Assembly (NCBI GenBank): GCA_040080605.1
Contig: JBEBIB010000002.1
Location: 123,124-187,123, forward strand
Length of the DNA stretch: 64,000 nt
Reading direction: 5' to 3'
DNA from: Burkholderiaceae bacterium
Lineage (GTDB): Bacteria > Pseudomonadota > Gammaproteobacteria > Burkholderiales > Burkholderiaceae_C
Below are positions 25,168 through 33,363 of the stretch, piece by piece. Position 1 is the first letter of the stretch; each line of letters starts with the position of its first letter. The notes below the pieces were generated by a model that was not told the origin of the DNA, made no database searches, and saw nothing but the letters and a program-made list of their open reading frames with translations. Both the position numbers and the translations under genes were made by a program.

Positions 25168-25256
25168 CAGAACTCCTCGGCGCGGAACAGCGCACTGACG
25201 AGGTAGACGAGCAGGAACAAGGTCACTGCAGCGCCGAGCCAATACATGCCGTACAT
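25167..25256 (-). CDS. kdpF: K+-transporting ATPase subunit F
   Basis: 29-aa hydrophobic peptide [36 protein letters not shown], stop overlaps kdpA ATG. Confidence 0.9.
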   Translation of the reverse strand: MYGMYWLGAAVTLFLLVYLVSALFRAEEF

Positions 25257-25269
25257 GTCGGGCTCCGGC

Positions 25270-25377
25270 TCAGTGACGCGGGCTTGTGGCGGGCTGCGAC
25301 AGCGCACCACAAGCCCACACGAGGGCGCCGGTGCAAGCGCACAGGGCTGCGAAGGCAACGATCCAGACCAGGTCCAT
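25270..25377 (-). CDS. 35-aa hydrophobic peptide upstream of kdpF (not in ORF track)
   Basis: MDLVWIVAFAALCACTGALVWACGALSQPATSPRH preceded by strong RBS AAAAAGGAGAGCTTG. Confidence 0.7.
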   Translation of the reverse strand: MDLVWIVAFAALCACTGALVWACGALSQPATSPRH

Positions 25378-25449
25378 CAAGCTCTCCTTTTTGATGGAGA
25401 GAGCTTAGGAATCGCCGCGAAACAATGGTCTAAATGTGGGGTGCCGCGC

Positions 25450-25466
25450 CGTAAACGCGGTGTAAA
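25450..25466 (-). promoter_or_regulatory. KdpE-box-like direct repeat
   Basis: Minus strand TTTACA-CCGCG-TTTACG (11-bp period) upstream of the kdp operon, like the E. coli TTTATA-N5-TTTACA site. Confidence 0.6.
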
Positions 25467-25488
25467 TGCGAAGGCCCGGGCAGGGCCG

Positions 25489-26430
25489 TCAGAAGTACCA
25501 CGCGACCACGGCCGCGAGCAGCCCGTCGCGCACGATCGGTAGCGCGACCACCGAGCCGAGCCCGGCGGCGGCGGCCGACGTTCCGATGCTGCCCGGCTCC
25601 GAGGCCACGTTGTCGCTGAACGCTGGCGCGCCGGTCAGGAACGCGCGGCCGATCGTGCCCTGGCCGCGCTCGGGCTGGGTCGTGTCGGCGCTCGGCGCGA
25701 GCGGCCCGCCCGCCTCGCAGAAGCCGGCGATGCGCACCAGACGCTGCCGCGTCGCATCGGGCTCCCAGCTTTCGAAGCGGCGCACGATGGGCGTGCCCAG
25801 GGCCGACAGGAAAGCCATCACGTAGGAGTCGGGGCCGGGCACAGGGCAGGGGATCGCGAAGCCGCGGTTGATGCCGACCTTGGTGGCGGTCTCGGCGCGC
25901 AGGAAACGCGAGCCCTTGCCCAAGTCTTCCATGAACACCGGCAGGCCGCTGCCCCAGGCCAGGCCCGGCAGGCCGTTGCCCTTGCGGAAGCTGGTGCGGC
26001 GCGAGACGTATTCGAAGGCTTCGGCGGTGCTGCCGTAGTGGCCATCGGCAAGTTGCATGTCGTGCCCCTCGGCCGGCTCGTTGCACCACAGCTCGATGGC
26101 ACCGGCATGCGTGTCGTCTTCACCGCAGAACAAGACCAGCACCGAGGTGAGGAACTCGCCGGCGAAGATCGGCACGGCGATGCCCGAGGTCAGGCCTTCG
26201 GCGTGGGCGACCTTGGTGCGCTTGAAGTACGAGCCTTCGAAGTTCTTCAACACGATCGGGCGGCGTTGTTGCCAGGCCTGGCCGGGCAGGCCTTCGCCGT
26301 AGCCGAAACACATGGAGCGGCTCACTTCGGCGAAGCGCGTGGCCTCGCCGTACATGCCGCCGCCGTATTCGAGCATGCTGCGGTCGCTGCTCGGAACCCA
26401 GGCTTCGACGACGCGGATGAAGGTCTTCAT
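25489..26430 (-). CDS. GAF-domain protein with three internal GxGLPGxAW-type repeats, no output domain
   Basis: GEGLPGQAW, GNGLPGLAW, GQGTIGRAF motifs; directly downstream of nirB. Confidence 0.7.
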   Translation of the reverse strand: MKTFIRVVEAWVPSSDRSMLEYGGGMYGEATRFAEVSRSMCFGYGEGLPGQAWQQRRPIVLKNFEGSYFKRTKVAHAEGLTSGIAVPIFAGEFLTSVLVLFCGEDDTHAGAIELWCNEPAEGHDMQLADGHYGSTAEAFEYVSRRTSFRKGNGLPGLAWGSGLPVFMEDLGKGSRFLRAETATKVGINRGFAIPCPVPGPDSYVMAFLSALGTPIVRRFESWEPDATRQRLVRIAGFCEAGGPLAPSADTTQPERGQGTIGRAFLTGAPAFSDNVASEPGSIGTSAAAAGLGSVVALPIVRDGLLAAVVAWYF

Positions 26431-26467
26431 GGTGGTGGCGTTCGGGGCAGGGTGGAGGGATCGGTGC

Positions 26468-28900
26468 TCAGGCGGTGAGCGGCTGGAACTGGCGGGTGTC
26501 GACCGAAGCGGCTGCGTGTTCGAACCAGGGGTCGGCCGCACCGTCGAGCGCGAACTGCAACTGTTCCCACAGCGCCTTGCGGCCGGCGTCGTCGTCGACG
26601 ATGTGCTTCTTCACGTGGTCGATGCCGACGCGGGCGATGTAGTGCACCGTGCGTTCGAGGTACCAGCCTTCCGAACGATAGAGCTGCAAAAAAGCACCGG
26701 TGTACTCGAGCACTTCTTCCGCGGTCTTGAGCTTCACGAGGAACTGCGCCACCTCGGTCTTGATGCCGCCGTTGCCACCGATGTAGATTTCCCACCCCGA
26801 GTCGACACCGATCACACCCACGTCCTTGATGCCGGCTTCGGCGCAGTTGCGCGGGCAGCCGCTGACGGCGAGCTTGACCTTGTGCGGCGAGTACATCGCC
26901 CACAAAGCGCGTTCGAGGTCGATGCCCATCTGCGTGCTGTCTTGCGTGCCGAAGCGGCACCATTCGCTGCCGACGCAGGTCTTCACCGTGCGCAGTGCCT
27001 TCGCGTAAGCCTTGCCGGTGGGCATGCCGATGTCTTTCCAGACGTTGACCAGGTCTTCCTTTTTTACGCCCAGCATGTCGATGCGCTGGCCGCCGGTGAC
27101 CTTCACCGTCGGGATCTTGTACTTGTCCACCGCGTCGGCGATGCGCCGCAACTCGTCGGCCGTGGTCGTGCCGCCCCACATGCGCGGGATCACGCTGTAC
27201 GTGCCGTCCTTCTGGATGTTGGCGTGGCTGCGTTCGTTGATGAAGCGGCTCTGCGGGTCATCTTTCGCTTCTTTCGGCCAGGTGCTGATCAGGTAGTAGT
27301 TGATCGCCGGGCGGCAGCTCGAGCAGCCGTTCGGCGTGCGCCAGTCGAGGTGCTCGTGCACGCTGGCGATGTTCAGCAGGTGGTGCTTGCGGATCGCATC
27401 GCGTGCGTCCTGGTGGCTGGCGTCGGTGCAGCCGCAGATCGCCTTCTTCTTTGGCATGGCCGAGTAGTCGCCACCCGCCGTGAACATCAGCAACTGCTCG
27501 ACAAGGCCGGTGCACGAGCCGCACGAGGCACTGGCCTTCGTGTGTTTGCGCACCTCTTCGAGCGTGAACAGGCCTTTTTCCTTGATCGCCTTGCAGATGG
27601 TGCCCTTGTTCACGCCGTTGCAGCCGCAGACCTCGGCGCTGTCGGGCATGGTCGCGGCGTGGCTGTGGCCTTCATGGCCCACGTCGCCGATGTTCGATTC
27701 GCCGAACATGAGCTTGTCGCGGATGTCGGCCACGCTGCGGCCTTCGCGCAGCAGTTTGAAGTACCACGAGCCATCGACCGTGTCGCCGTACAGGCAGGCG
27801 CCGACGAGCTTGTCGTCCTTCAGGATCAGCTTTTTGTAGACGCCGCCGTAGGGGTCGCTCATCACGATCTCTTCGCAGTCGTCGCCCCCCATGAAGTTGC
27901 CGGCCGAGAACAGGTCGATGCCGGTGACCTTGAGCTTGGTGGACGTCAGCGAACCCTGGTAACGCCCGATGCCGAACTGCGCCAGGTGCGTGGCACACAC
28001 CTTCGCCTGCTCGAACAGCGGCGCCACCAGCCCGTAGGCGATGCCGCGGTGCGCGGCGCATTCGCCGACCGAATAGATGCGCGGGTCGGTGATGGTCTGC
28101 ATCGTGTCGTTGACGACGATGCCGCGGTTGCAGTGCAGCCCGATCTTCTCGGCCAGCTGCGTGTTGGGGCGGATGCCGGCGGCCATCACGACGAGGTCGG
28201 CTGGCACTTCGCTGCCGTCCTTGAAGCGGATCGCGCGCACGCGGCCGGTCTCGTCGCCGAGCAGCGCTTCGGTGTGCGCGCCGAGCAGGAACGTCAGGCC
28301 GCGCGCCTCGAGCGATTTCTGCAGCAGCTTGCCGGCCACGCTGTCGAGCTGCCGGTCCATCAGCCACGGCGCCAGGTGCACCACACTGACGCTCATGCCG
28401 CGCAGCATCAGGCCGTTCGCCGCTTCCAGGCCGAGCAGCCCGCCGCCGACGACCACGGCATGCTTGAAGCGCGTGGCCGCGTCGATCATCGTGTTGGTGT
28501 CGTGGATGTCGCGGTAGGCGATCACGCCTTCGAGGTCCTTGCCCGGCACCGGCGGAATGAACGGGTTCGAGCCGGTCGTGACGAGCAGCCGGTCATAGGG
28601 CACGACGGTGCCGTTGTCCGAGGTCACCGTGCGCTTGGTGCGGTTCACCTCGACCACCTTCTGCCCCAGGTGCAGCGTGATGCCGTTGTCGGCATACCAG
28701 CTCAGCGGGTTGAGCACGATCTCGTCGAGCGTCTGCTCGCCGGCGAGCACGGGGCTCAGCAGGATGCGGTTGTAGTTCGGGTGCGGCTCCGCCCCGAACA
28801 CCGTGATGTCGTACAGGTCGGGCGCGATCTTCAGCAGCTCTTCGAGCGTGCGCACGCCGGCCATGCCGTTGCCGACCATCACGAGTTTCATCTTGTCCAC
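26468..28900 (-). CDS. nirB: Assimilatory NAD(P)H nitrite reductase large subunit
   Basis: VGNGMAG FAD site, GGGLLGLE, BFD Cys pairs (CGCNG, CGSC), CVGSEWC and GCPRNC siroheme/4Fe-4S; GTG with GGAG RBS. Confidence 0.96.
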   Translation of the reverse strand: MDKMKLVMVGNGMAGVRTLEELLKIAPDLYDITVFGAEPHPNYNRILLSPVLAGEQTLDEIVLNPLSWYADNGITLHLGQKVVEVNRTKRTVTSDNGTVVPYDRLLVTTGSNPFIPPVPGKDLEGVIAYRDIHDTNTMIDAATRFKHAVVVGGGLLGLEAANGLMLRGMSVSVVHLAPWLMDRQLDSVAGKLLQKSLEARGLTFLLGAHTEALLGDETGRVRAIRFKDGSEVPADLVVMAAGIRPNTQLAEKIGLHCNRGIVVNDTMQTITDPRIYSVGECAAHRGIAYGLVAPLFEQAKVCATHLAQFGIGRYQGSLTSTKLKVTGIDLFSAGNFMGGDDCEEIVMSDPYGGVYKKLILKDDKLVGACLYGDTVDGSWYFKLLREGRSVADIRDKLMFGESNIGDVGHEGHSHAATMPDSAEVCGCNGVNKGTICKAIKEKGLFTLEEVRKHTKASASCGSCTGLVEQLLMFTAGGDYSAMPKKKAICGCTDASHQDARDAIRKHHLLNIASVHEHLDWRTPNGCSSCRPAINYYLISTWPKEAKDDPQSRFINERSHANIQKDGTYSVIPRMWGGTTTADELRRIADAVDKYKIPTVKVTGGQRIDMLGVKKEDLVNVWKDIGMPTGKAYAKALRTVKTCVGSEWCRFGTQDSTQMGIDLERALWAMYSPHKVKLAVSGCPRNCAEAGIKDVGVIGVDSGWEIYIGGNGGIKTEVAQFLVKLKTAEEVLEYTGAFLQLYRSEGWYLERTVHYIARVGIDHVKKHIVDDDAGRKALWEQLQFALDGAADPWFEHAAASVDTRQFQPLTA

Positions 28901-28941
28901 CGCAGGCTCCAGGTTGTCGAACGGCAGTGGTGCCGCAGGCT

Positions 28942-29742
28942 TCAAGCCACCTGTTTTTCCACGTGCCCGTGGCGGGTGTAGAGGAACTCGAGAACCTCCT
29001 TGCGGAAGTGCACGTAGCGGCTGTCTTCAGCCAGCTCGACGCGGTTGCGCGGGCGTGGCAGGTCGACGCGCAGGATCTCGCCGATGGTGGCCGCCGGCCC
29101 GTTGGTCATCATCACGATGCGGTCGCTGAGCAGCACCGCCTCATCGACATCGTGCGTCACCATCACCACGGTGCTCTGGGTGCGCAGCACGATCTTCAGC
29201 AGCTCGTCTTGCAGGTGCGCGCGGGTGAGGGCGTCGAGCGCGCCGAAAGGCTCGTCCATCAGCAGGACCTTCGGCTCCATCGCCAGCGCGCGGGCGATGC
29301 CGACACGCTGTTTCATGCCGCCAGAAATCTCGTGCGGTCGCTTCGTCAGTGCATGGCCCATGCCGACGAGTTCGAGCGCCGCCTTGGTGCGCTCGTCGAG
29401 CTGGGCTTTACTCTCTTTCTGGCCGAACACCCGCTCGACCGCCAGGTGCACGTTCTCGAAGCAGGTGAGCCAGGGCAAAAGCGAGTGGTTCTGGAACACC
29501 ACGCCGCGCTCCGGGCCGGGGGCGGCGATCTCGCGGTTATCGCACAGCAAGACGCCGCTGGTCGGCAGCGTCAGGCCGGCGATCAGGTTCAGCAGCGTCG
29601 ACTTGCCGCAGCCCGAATGCCCGATCAGCGTGACGAACTCGCCCTTGGCGACCGTGAGGTCGATTTCGCGCAGCGCGTGGAAGCGGCCCTTTTTTGTCGT
29701 GAACACCATTTCGGCGTTCTGCACTTCGATGAAGTTCTTCAT
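28942..29742 (-). CDS. Nitrate/nitrite ABC transporter ATP-binding protein (NrtC/D, NasD type)
   Basis: GHSGCGKST, ISGGMKQR, LLMDEPF. Confidence 0.92.
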   Translation of the reverse strand: MKNFIEVQNAEMVFTTKKGRFHALREIDLTVAKGEFVTLIGHSGCGKSTLLNLIAGLTLPTSGVLLCDNREIAAPGPERGVVFQNHSLLPWLTCFENVHLAVERVFGQKESKAQLDERTKAALELVGMGHALTKRPHEISGGMKQRVGIARALAMEPKVLLMDEPFGALDALTRAHLQDELLKIVLRTQSTVVMVTHDVDEAVLLSDRIVMMTNGPAATIGEILRVDLPRPRNRVELAEDSRYVHFRKEVLEFLYTRHGHVEKQVA

Positions 29743-29761
29743 GGCGAGGGTTCCTTGAAAG

Positions 29762-30667
29762 TCAGACTTCGTCGTAGCTGAAGCGCTTGGCGATCGACAC
29801 CAGCAGCCATTCGAGCAACATGCCGACCACGCCGATCACGAGGATGGCGATCAGGATGTGCGGCACGTTCAGGTTGTTCCATTCGTCCCAGACCCAGAAG
29901 CCGATGCCTACGCCGCCGGTCAGCATCTCGGCTGCCACGATCACGAGCCATGCCGTGCCCACGCTCAGGCGCACGCCGGTCAGCATGTAGGGCAATACCG
30001 AGGGGAAGAGGATTTTCGTGACCACCTTCCATTCGCTCAGGTTCAGCACCCGCGCGACGTTCAGGTAGTCGACCGGCACACGCTGCACGCCCACGGCGGT
30101 GTTGATGATCATCGGCCAGATCGAGCAGATGAAGATGGTCCAGATCGCGGCCGGGTTGGCGGCCTTGAACACCAGCAACCCGATCGGCAGCCAGGCCAGC
30201 GGCGACACCGGCCGCAGCATGCTGATGAGCGGCGACAGGGCGCGGCTGACCACCTCGAAACGCCCGATCACGAAGCCCATCGGAATGCCGATCAGCGCCG
30301 CCAGACCGAAGCCCAGGCCCACCCGTTCGAGCGAGAACAGGATGTTCCAGCCGATGCCCTGGTCGTTCGGCCCCTTGCTGTAGAACGGGTCGGCAAACAG
30401 CTTGACCGCCGCATCGAAGGTGGCCGCCGGGGTCGGAAAGGTCGTGCTCTTCATCGTCAGCAAGGCCCAGATACCGATCAGCAGCGCCACGCCGAACAAG
30501 GGCGGCAGCACCTTGCCAGCGAGTTCGCCCCAGTCGTAGGCGGGCTTGCTCGCCGGCGTGGCCTCTGCGGCCGTGACGACAGGCGCCGTCGCGGCCGATG
30601 GGGCGCTCGCAGCGGGCTTCACTTCAAGCGAGGTCTGGCGGGGTGAGTGGAACACTGCGGCAACCAT
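29762..30667 (-). CDS. Nitrate ABC transporter permease (NrtB/NasE type)
   Basis: PNDQGIGWNI, RPVSPLAWLP, AEMLTGGVGIGFWVWDEWNN. Confidence 0.93.
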   Translation of the reverse strand: MVAAVFHSPRQTSLEVKPAASAPSAATAPVVTAAEATPASKPAYDWGELAGKVLPPLFGVALLIGIWALLTMKSTTFPTPAATFDAAVKLFADPFYSKGPNDQGIGWNILFSLERVGLGFGLAALIGIPMGFVIGRFEVVSRALSPLISMLRPVSPLAWLPIGLLVFKAANPAAIWTIFICSIWPMIINTAVGVQRVPVDYLNVARVLNLSEWKVVTKILFPSVLPYMLTGVRLSVGTAWLVIVAAEMLTGGVGIGFWVWDEWNNLNVPHILIAILVIGVVGMLLEWLLVSIAKRFSYDEV

Positions 30668-30696
30668 GTCGGTTCTCCTGTCGATGCGCGAGGAAA

Positions 30697-31950
30697 TCAG
30701 GCCTTGATGGCGAAACTGTCGGCGTACTTCTTCGGATCCTTGCCGTCCCAGACCACGCCGTCCATCAGCTTCGACGTGCGCATCGGGTCCTTCGGAACGT
30801 TGATCTTCAGCGCCCCGGCGGCCTGCTTGTAGAGCTCGATCTGGTTGATCTGCTTGGCCACGCCCAGATAGTCGGGGTGTTCCTTCAGCAAGCCCCAGCG
30901 CTTGTGCTGGGTCAGGAACCACATGCCGTCGCTCAGGTACGGGAAGTTGACCGCGCCATCGTTGAAGAACTTCATGTGGTTGGGGTCGTCCCAGGTCTTG
31001 CCCATGCCGTTCTGGTAGCGGCCCAGGATGCGCTGGTTGATCGCGTCGACGCCGGTGTTCACGTAGCTCTTGTCGGCCACGGTCTCGGCCATCTTCATCT
31101 TGTTGGCCAGGCTGGCGTCGATCCAGCGGCCGGCCTCGAGGATGGCCATCATCACGGCGCGGCAGGTGTTGGGGTGCTTCTTGACGAAGTCGGCCGTGGT
31201 GCCGAGCGTCTTCTCGGGGTGGTCGCGCCAGATGTCCTGCGTGGTGATGGCGGTCACGCCGATGTTGTCCATGATGGCCCGGTGGCCCCAGGGCTCGCCG
31301 ACGCAGAAGCCGTCCATGTTGCCGACGCGCATGTTGGCCACCATCTGCGGCGGCGGCACCGTGATGAGCTTCGCGCCACTGACGGGGTTGATGCCCGAGG
31401 CGGCCAGCCAGTAGTGCATCCACATGGCGTGCGTGCCGGTCGGGAAGGTGCCTGCGAACGTGTATTCGCGCTTCTCCTTGGCCATCACCTTGGCGAGCGA
31501 CGGGCCGTCGACGGCGCCCTTGTCGGCCAGCGTCTTCGACAGCGTGATGGCCTGGCCGTTGTTGTTCAGGCTCATCAATACGGCCATGTCCTTCTTCGGC
31601 CCGCCGATGCCCAGGTGCACGCCGTAGACCAGGCCGTAGAGCACGTGTGCCATGTCGAGCTCGCCGTTGACGAGCTTGTCGCGCACGCCGGCCCACGAGG
31701 CTTCCTTGGTCGCCACGATCTTCACGCCGTACTTCTTGTCGAAGCCGAGCACCGAGGCCATCACGACCGAGGCGCAGTCGGTCAGCGGAATGAAGCCGAT
31801 GCGCACCTCTTCCTTTTCCGGCTTGTCGGAGCCCTGCGCATAAACCGCGGCTTGCAGCCCCGGAACGAGGCCGGCGGCGCTCGCAGCAGCGGCGCCCTTG
31901 ATCAGGTTGCGTCTGCTCATGCTGATCTTTCGTGTGGAAATTTGTGTCAT
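30697..31950 (-). CDS. Nitrate/nitrite ABC substrate-binding protein (NrtA/NasF type), Tat-like signal
   Basis: SRRNLIK twin-Arg, GFIPLTDCAS, NGQAIT, FPTGTH, GEPW, DHPEK (Lys typical of nitrate-binding NrtA). Confidence 0.92.
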   Translation of the reverse strand: MTQISTRKISMSRRNLIKGAAAASAAGLVPGLQAAVYAQGSDKPEKEEVRIGFIPLTDCASVVMASVLGFDKKYGVKIVATKEASWAGVRDKLVNGELDMAHVLYGLVYGVHLGIGGPKKDMAVLMSLNNNGQAITLSKTLADKGAVDGPSLAKVMAKEKREYTFAGTFPTGTHAMWMHYWLAASGINPVSGAKLITVPPPQMVANMRVGNMDGFCVGEPWGHRAIMDNIGVTAITTQDIWRDHPEKTLGTTADFVKKHPNTCRAVMMAILEAGRWIDASLANKMKMAETVADKSYVNTGVDAINQRILGRYQNGMGKTWDDPNHMKFFNDGAVNFPYLSDGMWFLTQHKRWGLLKEHPDYLGVAKQINQIELYKQAAGALKINVPKDPMRTSKLMDGVVWDGKDPKKYADSFAIKA

Positions 31951-31973
31951 GGCTGGTGCTGGGGTCAAGGTTC

Positions 31974-32101
31974 TGAAAAACAAAAGCGGCGTCCGCACGT
32001 GTCGGGCCGTGAAGCCGCGATCGGTGGGGACGCCGTCGTCCTGAAGCAACCGCACCAGCGCTGGTGCGGAAAATTCATTCAAGAGACCGCCGTTGGCCTC
32101 T
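31974..32101 (-). ncRNA. ANTAR (NasT/NasR)-responsive leader: two hexaloop hairpins plus overlapping terminator
   Basis: Hairpin1 AGAGGCC-AACGGC-GGTCTCT (32082-32101); hairpin2 GGAC-GACGGC-GTCC (32028-32041); terminator stem CGGCGTCC/GGACGCCG (32028-32035 with 31987-31994) then CTTTTGTTTTT; nasT adjacent. Confidence 0.8.
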
Positions 32102-32113
32102 CAGGCTTGCTTA

Positions 32114-32129
32114 TGCAATGCGCGTGCCA
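32114..32129 (-). promoter_or_regulatory. Sigma54 -24/-12 promoter of nitrate ABC operon
   Basis: TGGCAC-GCGCA-TTGCA, exact consensus spacing. Confidence 0.85.
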
Positions 32130-32157
32130 GCTGAAACAGGATCATCGGGTGCGGGTT

Positions 32158-32174
32158 TGCACCGAGACCGTGCA
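32158..32174. promoter_or_regulatory. NtrC-binding site
   Basis: TGCAC-N7-GTGCA (TGCACCGAGACCGTGCA). Confidence 0.75.
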
Positions 32175-32178
32175 TCGC

Positions 32179-32811
32179 TCAGGCGAGCAGATCCGACACG
32201 TCGAGGATGCGTTGAGCCACGTCGGCCACCTTCAGGCCCTTGTCCATCGCCGTCTTGCGCAGCCGCGCGTAGGCGTCTTCTTCGCTCAGGCCGTTGCGTG
32301 TCATCAGGATGCCCTTGGCGCGGTCTATGGTCTTGCGCTCGGAGAGCTGGCTGCGAGCGTCGGCCAGCTCGCGGCGCATGCATTCTTCGTGCTGGAAACG
32401 CGCCAGGGCCACGTCGAGCACCGGGCGCACCCGTTCGGGCGCCATGCCGGCGACGACGTAGGCCGTGACGCCCGCCGCGATGGCGTCGCGCACGTGGCTG
32501 GTGTCGTTGTCTTCGGTGAACAGCACGATCGGGCGGCGCGCGTCACGCGTGGCCATCACCACGTGCTCCAGCGTGTCGCGGGCCTGGCTTTCGGCGTCGA
32601 CGATGATCATGTCGGGGCTGATCTGCGCCAGCCGCTCGGGCAGGAACACGTCGGCGGGCAACACGGCCACGATGTTGTAGCCGTCCTGCAGCAAGCCGAT
32701 GCGCAGGATGCGCGAGCGCTCCGCCTCGATCCGGGCCTCCGGGTCCGAGGGGTCGGGCCACAGCGAGTCGGGGGCGATGATGACGAGGCGCAGGTCTTGG
32801 ACCGAAGACAT
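32179..32811 (-). CDS. nasT: ANTAR-domain antiterminator (NasT family)
   Basis: Pseudo-receiver (PDMIIVD..S..RDTLE) plus ANTAR (LSERKTIDRAKGILM...EEDAYARLRKTAM). Confidence 0.9.
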   Translation of the reverse strand: MSSVQDLRLVIIAPDSLWPDPSDPEARIEAERSRILRIGLLQDGYNIVAVLPADVFLPERLAQISPDMIIVDAESQARDTLEHVVMATRDARRPIVLFTEDNDTSHVRDAIAAGVTAYVVAGMAPERVRPVLDVALARFQHEECMRRELADARSQLSERKTIDRAKGILMTRNGLSEEDAYARLRKTAMDKGLKVADVAQRILDVSDLLA

Positions 32812-32823
32812 GCGGGGAGAGGG

Positions 32824-32839
32824 AGCAACATTCACGCCA
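32824..32839 (-). promoter_or_regulatory. Putative sigma54 promoter of nasT
   Basis: Minus strand TGGCGT-GAATG-TTGCT, 12 nt before ATG 32811. Confidence 0.55.
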
Positions 32840-32919
32840 AGCCCGGGCCATGGCACGGGCGGGCAGCGAAGCTCAGCGGGTCTGGGGCAGTCGGGCCTGG
32901 CGGCGCGCCTGAGCCGGGC

Positions 32920-33207
32920 TCAGCGCCGGTCGGTGTGGCTCGAGATCGCGCGGCGCAGCCAGCCACCGAGCGGGCGCAAGGAACCGAACAACGAGTCGGG
33001 GACGAGCGAGTCACGCTTGGAGATCATGCCGCGGGCGTCGAGCATCTCGATGAACTGGCGCACTTCCTGGCGGCGAATGCCGCTCACGCCCACCAGTTGC
33101 GTCAACGACATGTGCCGGTGCGACATGTTGCTCAGCATGCGGCGAAACGCAGTGCGGTCAAACGGAGCATTGAGCTCCGGCCAAGCGGCGAGGCGGTATT
33201 CCTTCAT
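32920..33207 (-). CDS. Hypothetical 95-aa protein, possible winged-HTH
   Basis: GGAG RBS; segment MSLTQLVGVSGIRRQEVRQFIEMLDARGMI has HTH-like amphipathic pattern. Confidence 0.65.
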   Translation of the reverse strand: MKEYRLAAWPELNAPFDRTAFRRMLSNMSHRHMSLTQLVGVSGIRRQEVRQFIEMLDARGMISKRDSLVPDSLFGSLRPLGGWLRRAISSHTDRR

Positions 33208-33363
33208 GGCTCCAACGATGTGTTTTTCGGCGGTGGGTCAAGCCAGCCGCTCATCAGCAACTTGCAGGGTAGGCGCTTGCGCTGCTCGCGTGAAGGGGTG
33301 AAAACCGCGGTTTCGTGATTTCCGACACGGACGGAATCAACGATACAAGCTGATTCATTCAGC

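Noticed and set aside
29762-31696. 644-aa ORF suggesting a binding protein-permease fusion
   Set aside because: The upstream portion is a shifted frame of the binding-protein gene; the permease has its own RBS (AGGAG) and ATG at 30667
30598-33318. Long antisense/alternative ORFs (906 aa here; also 26312-28981, 18609-21236, 42809-45190, 21146-23353)
   Set aside because: Typical stop-poor shadow frames opposite real genes in high-GC DNA; no recognisable motifs
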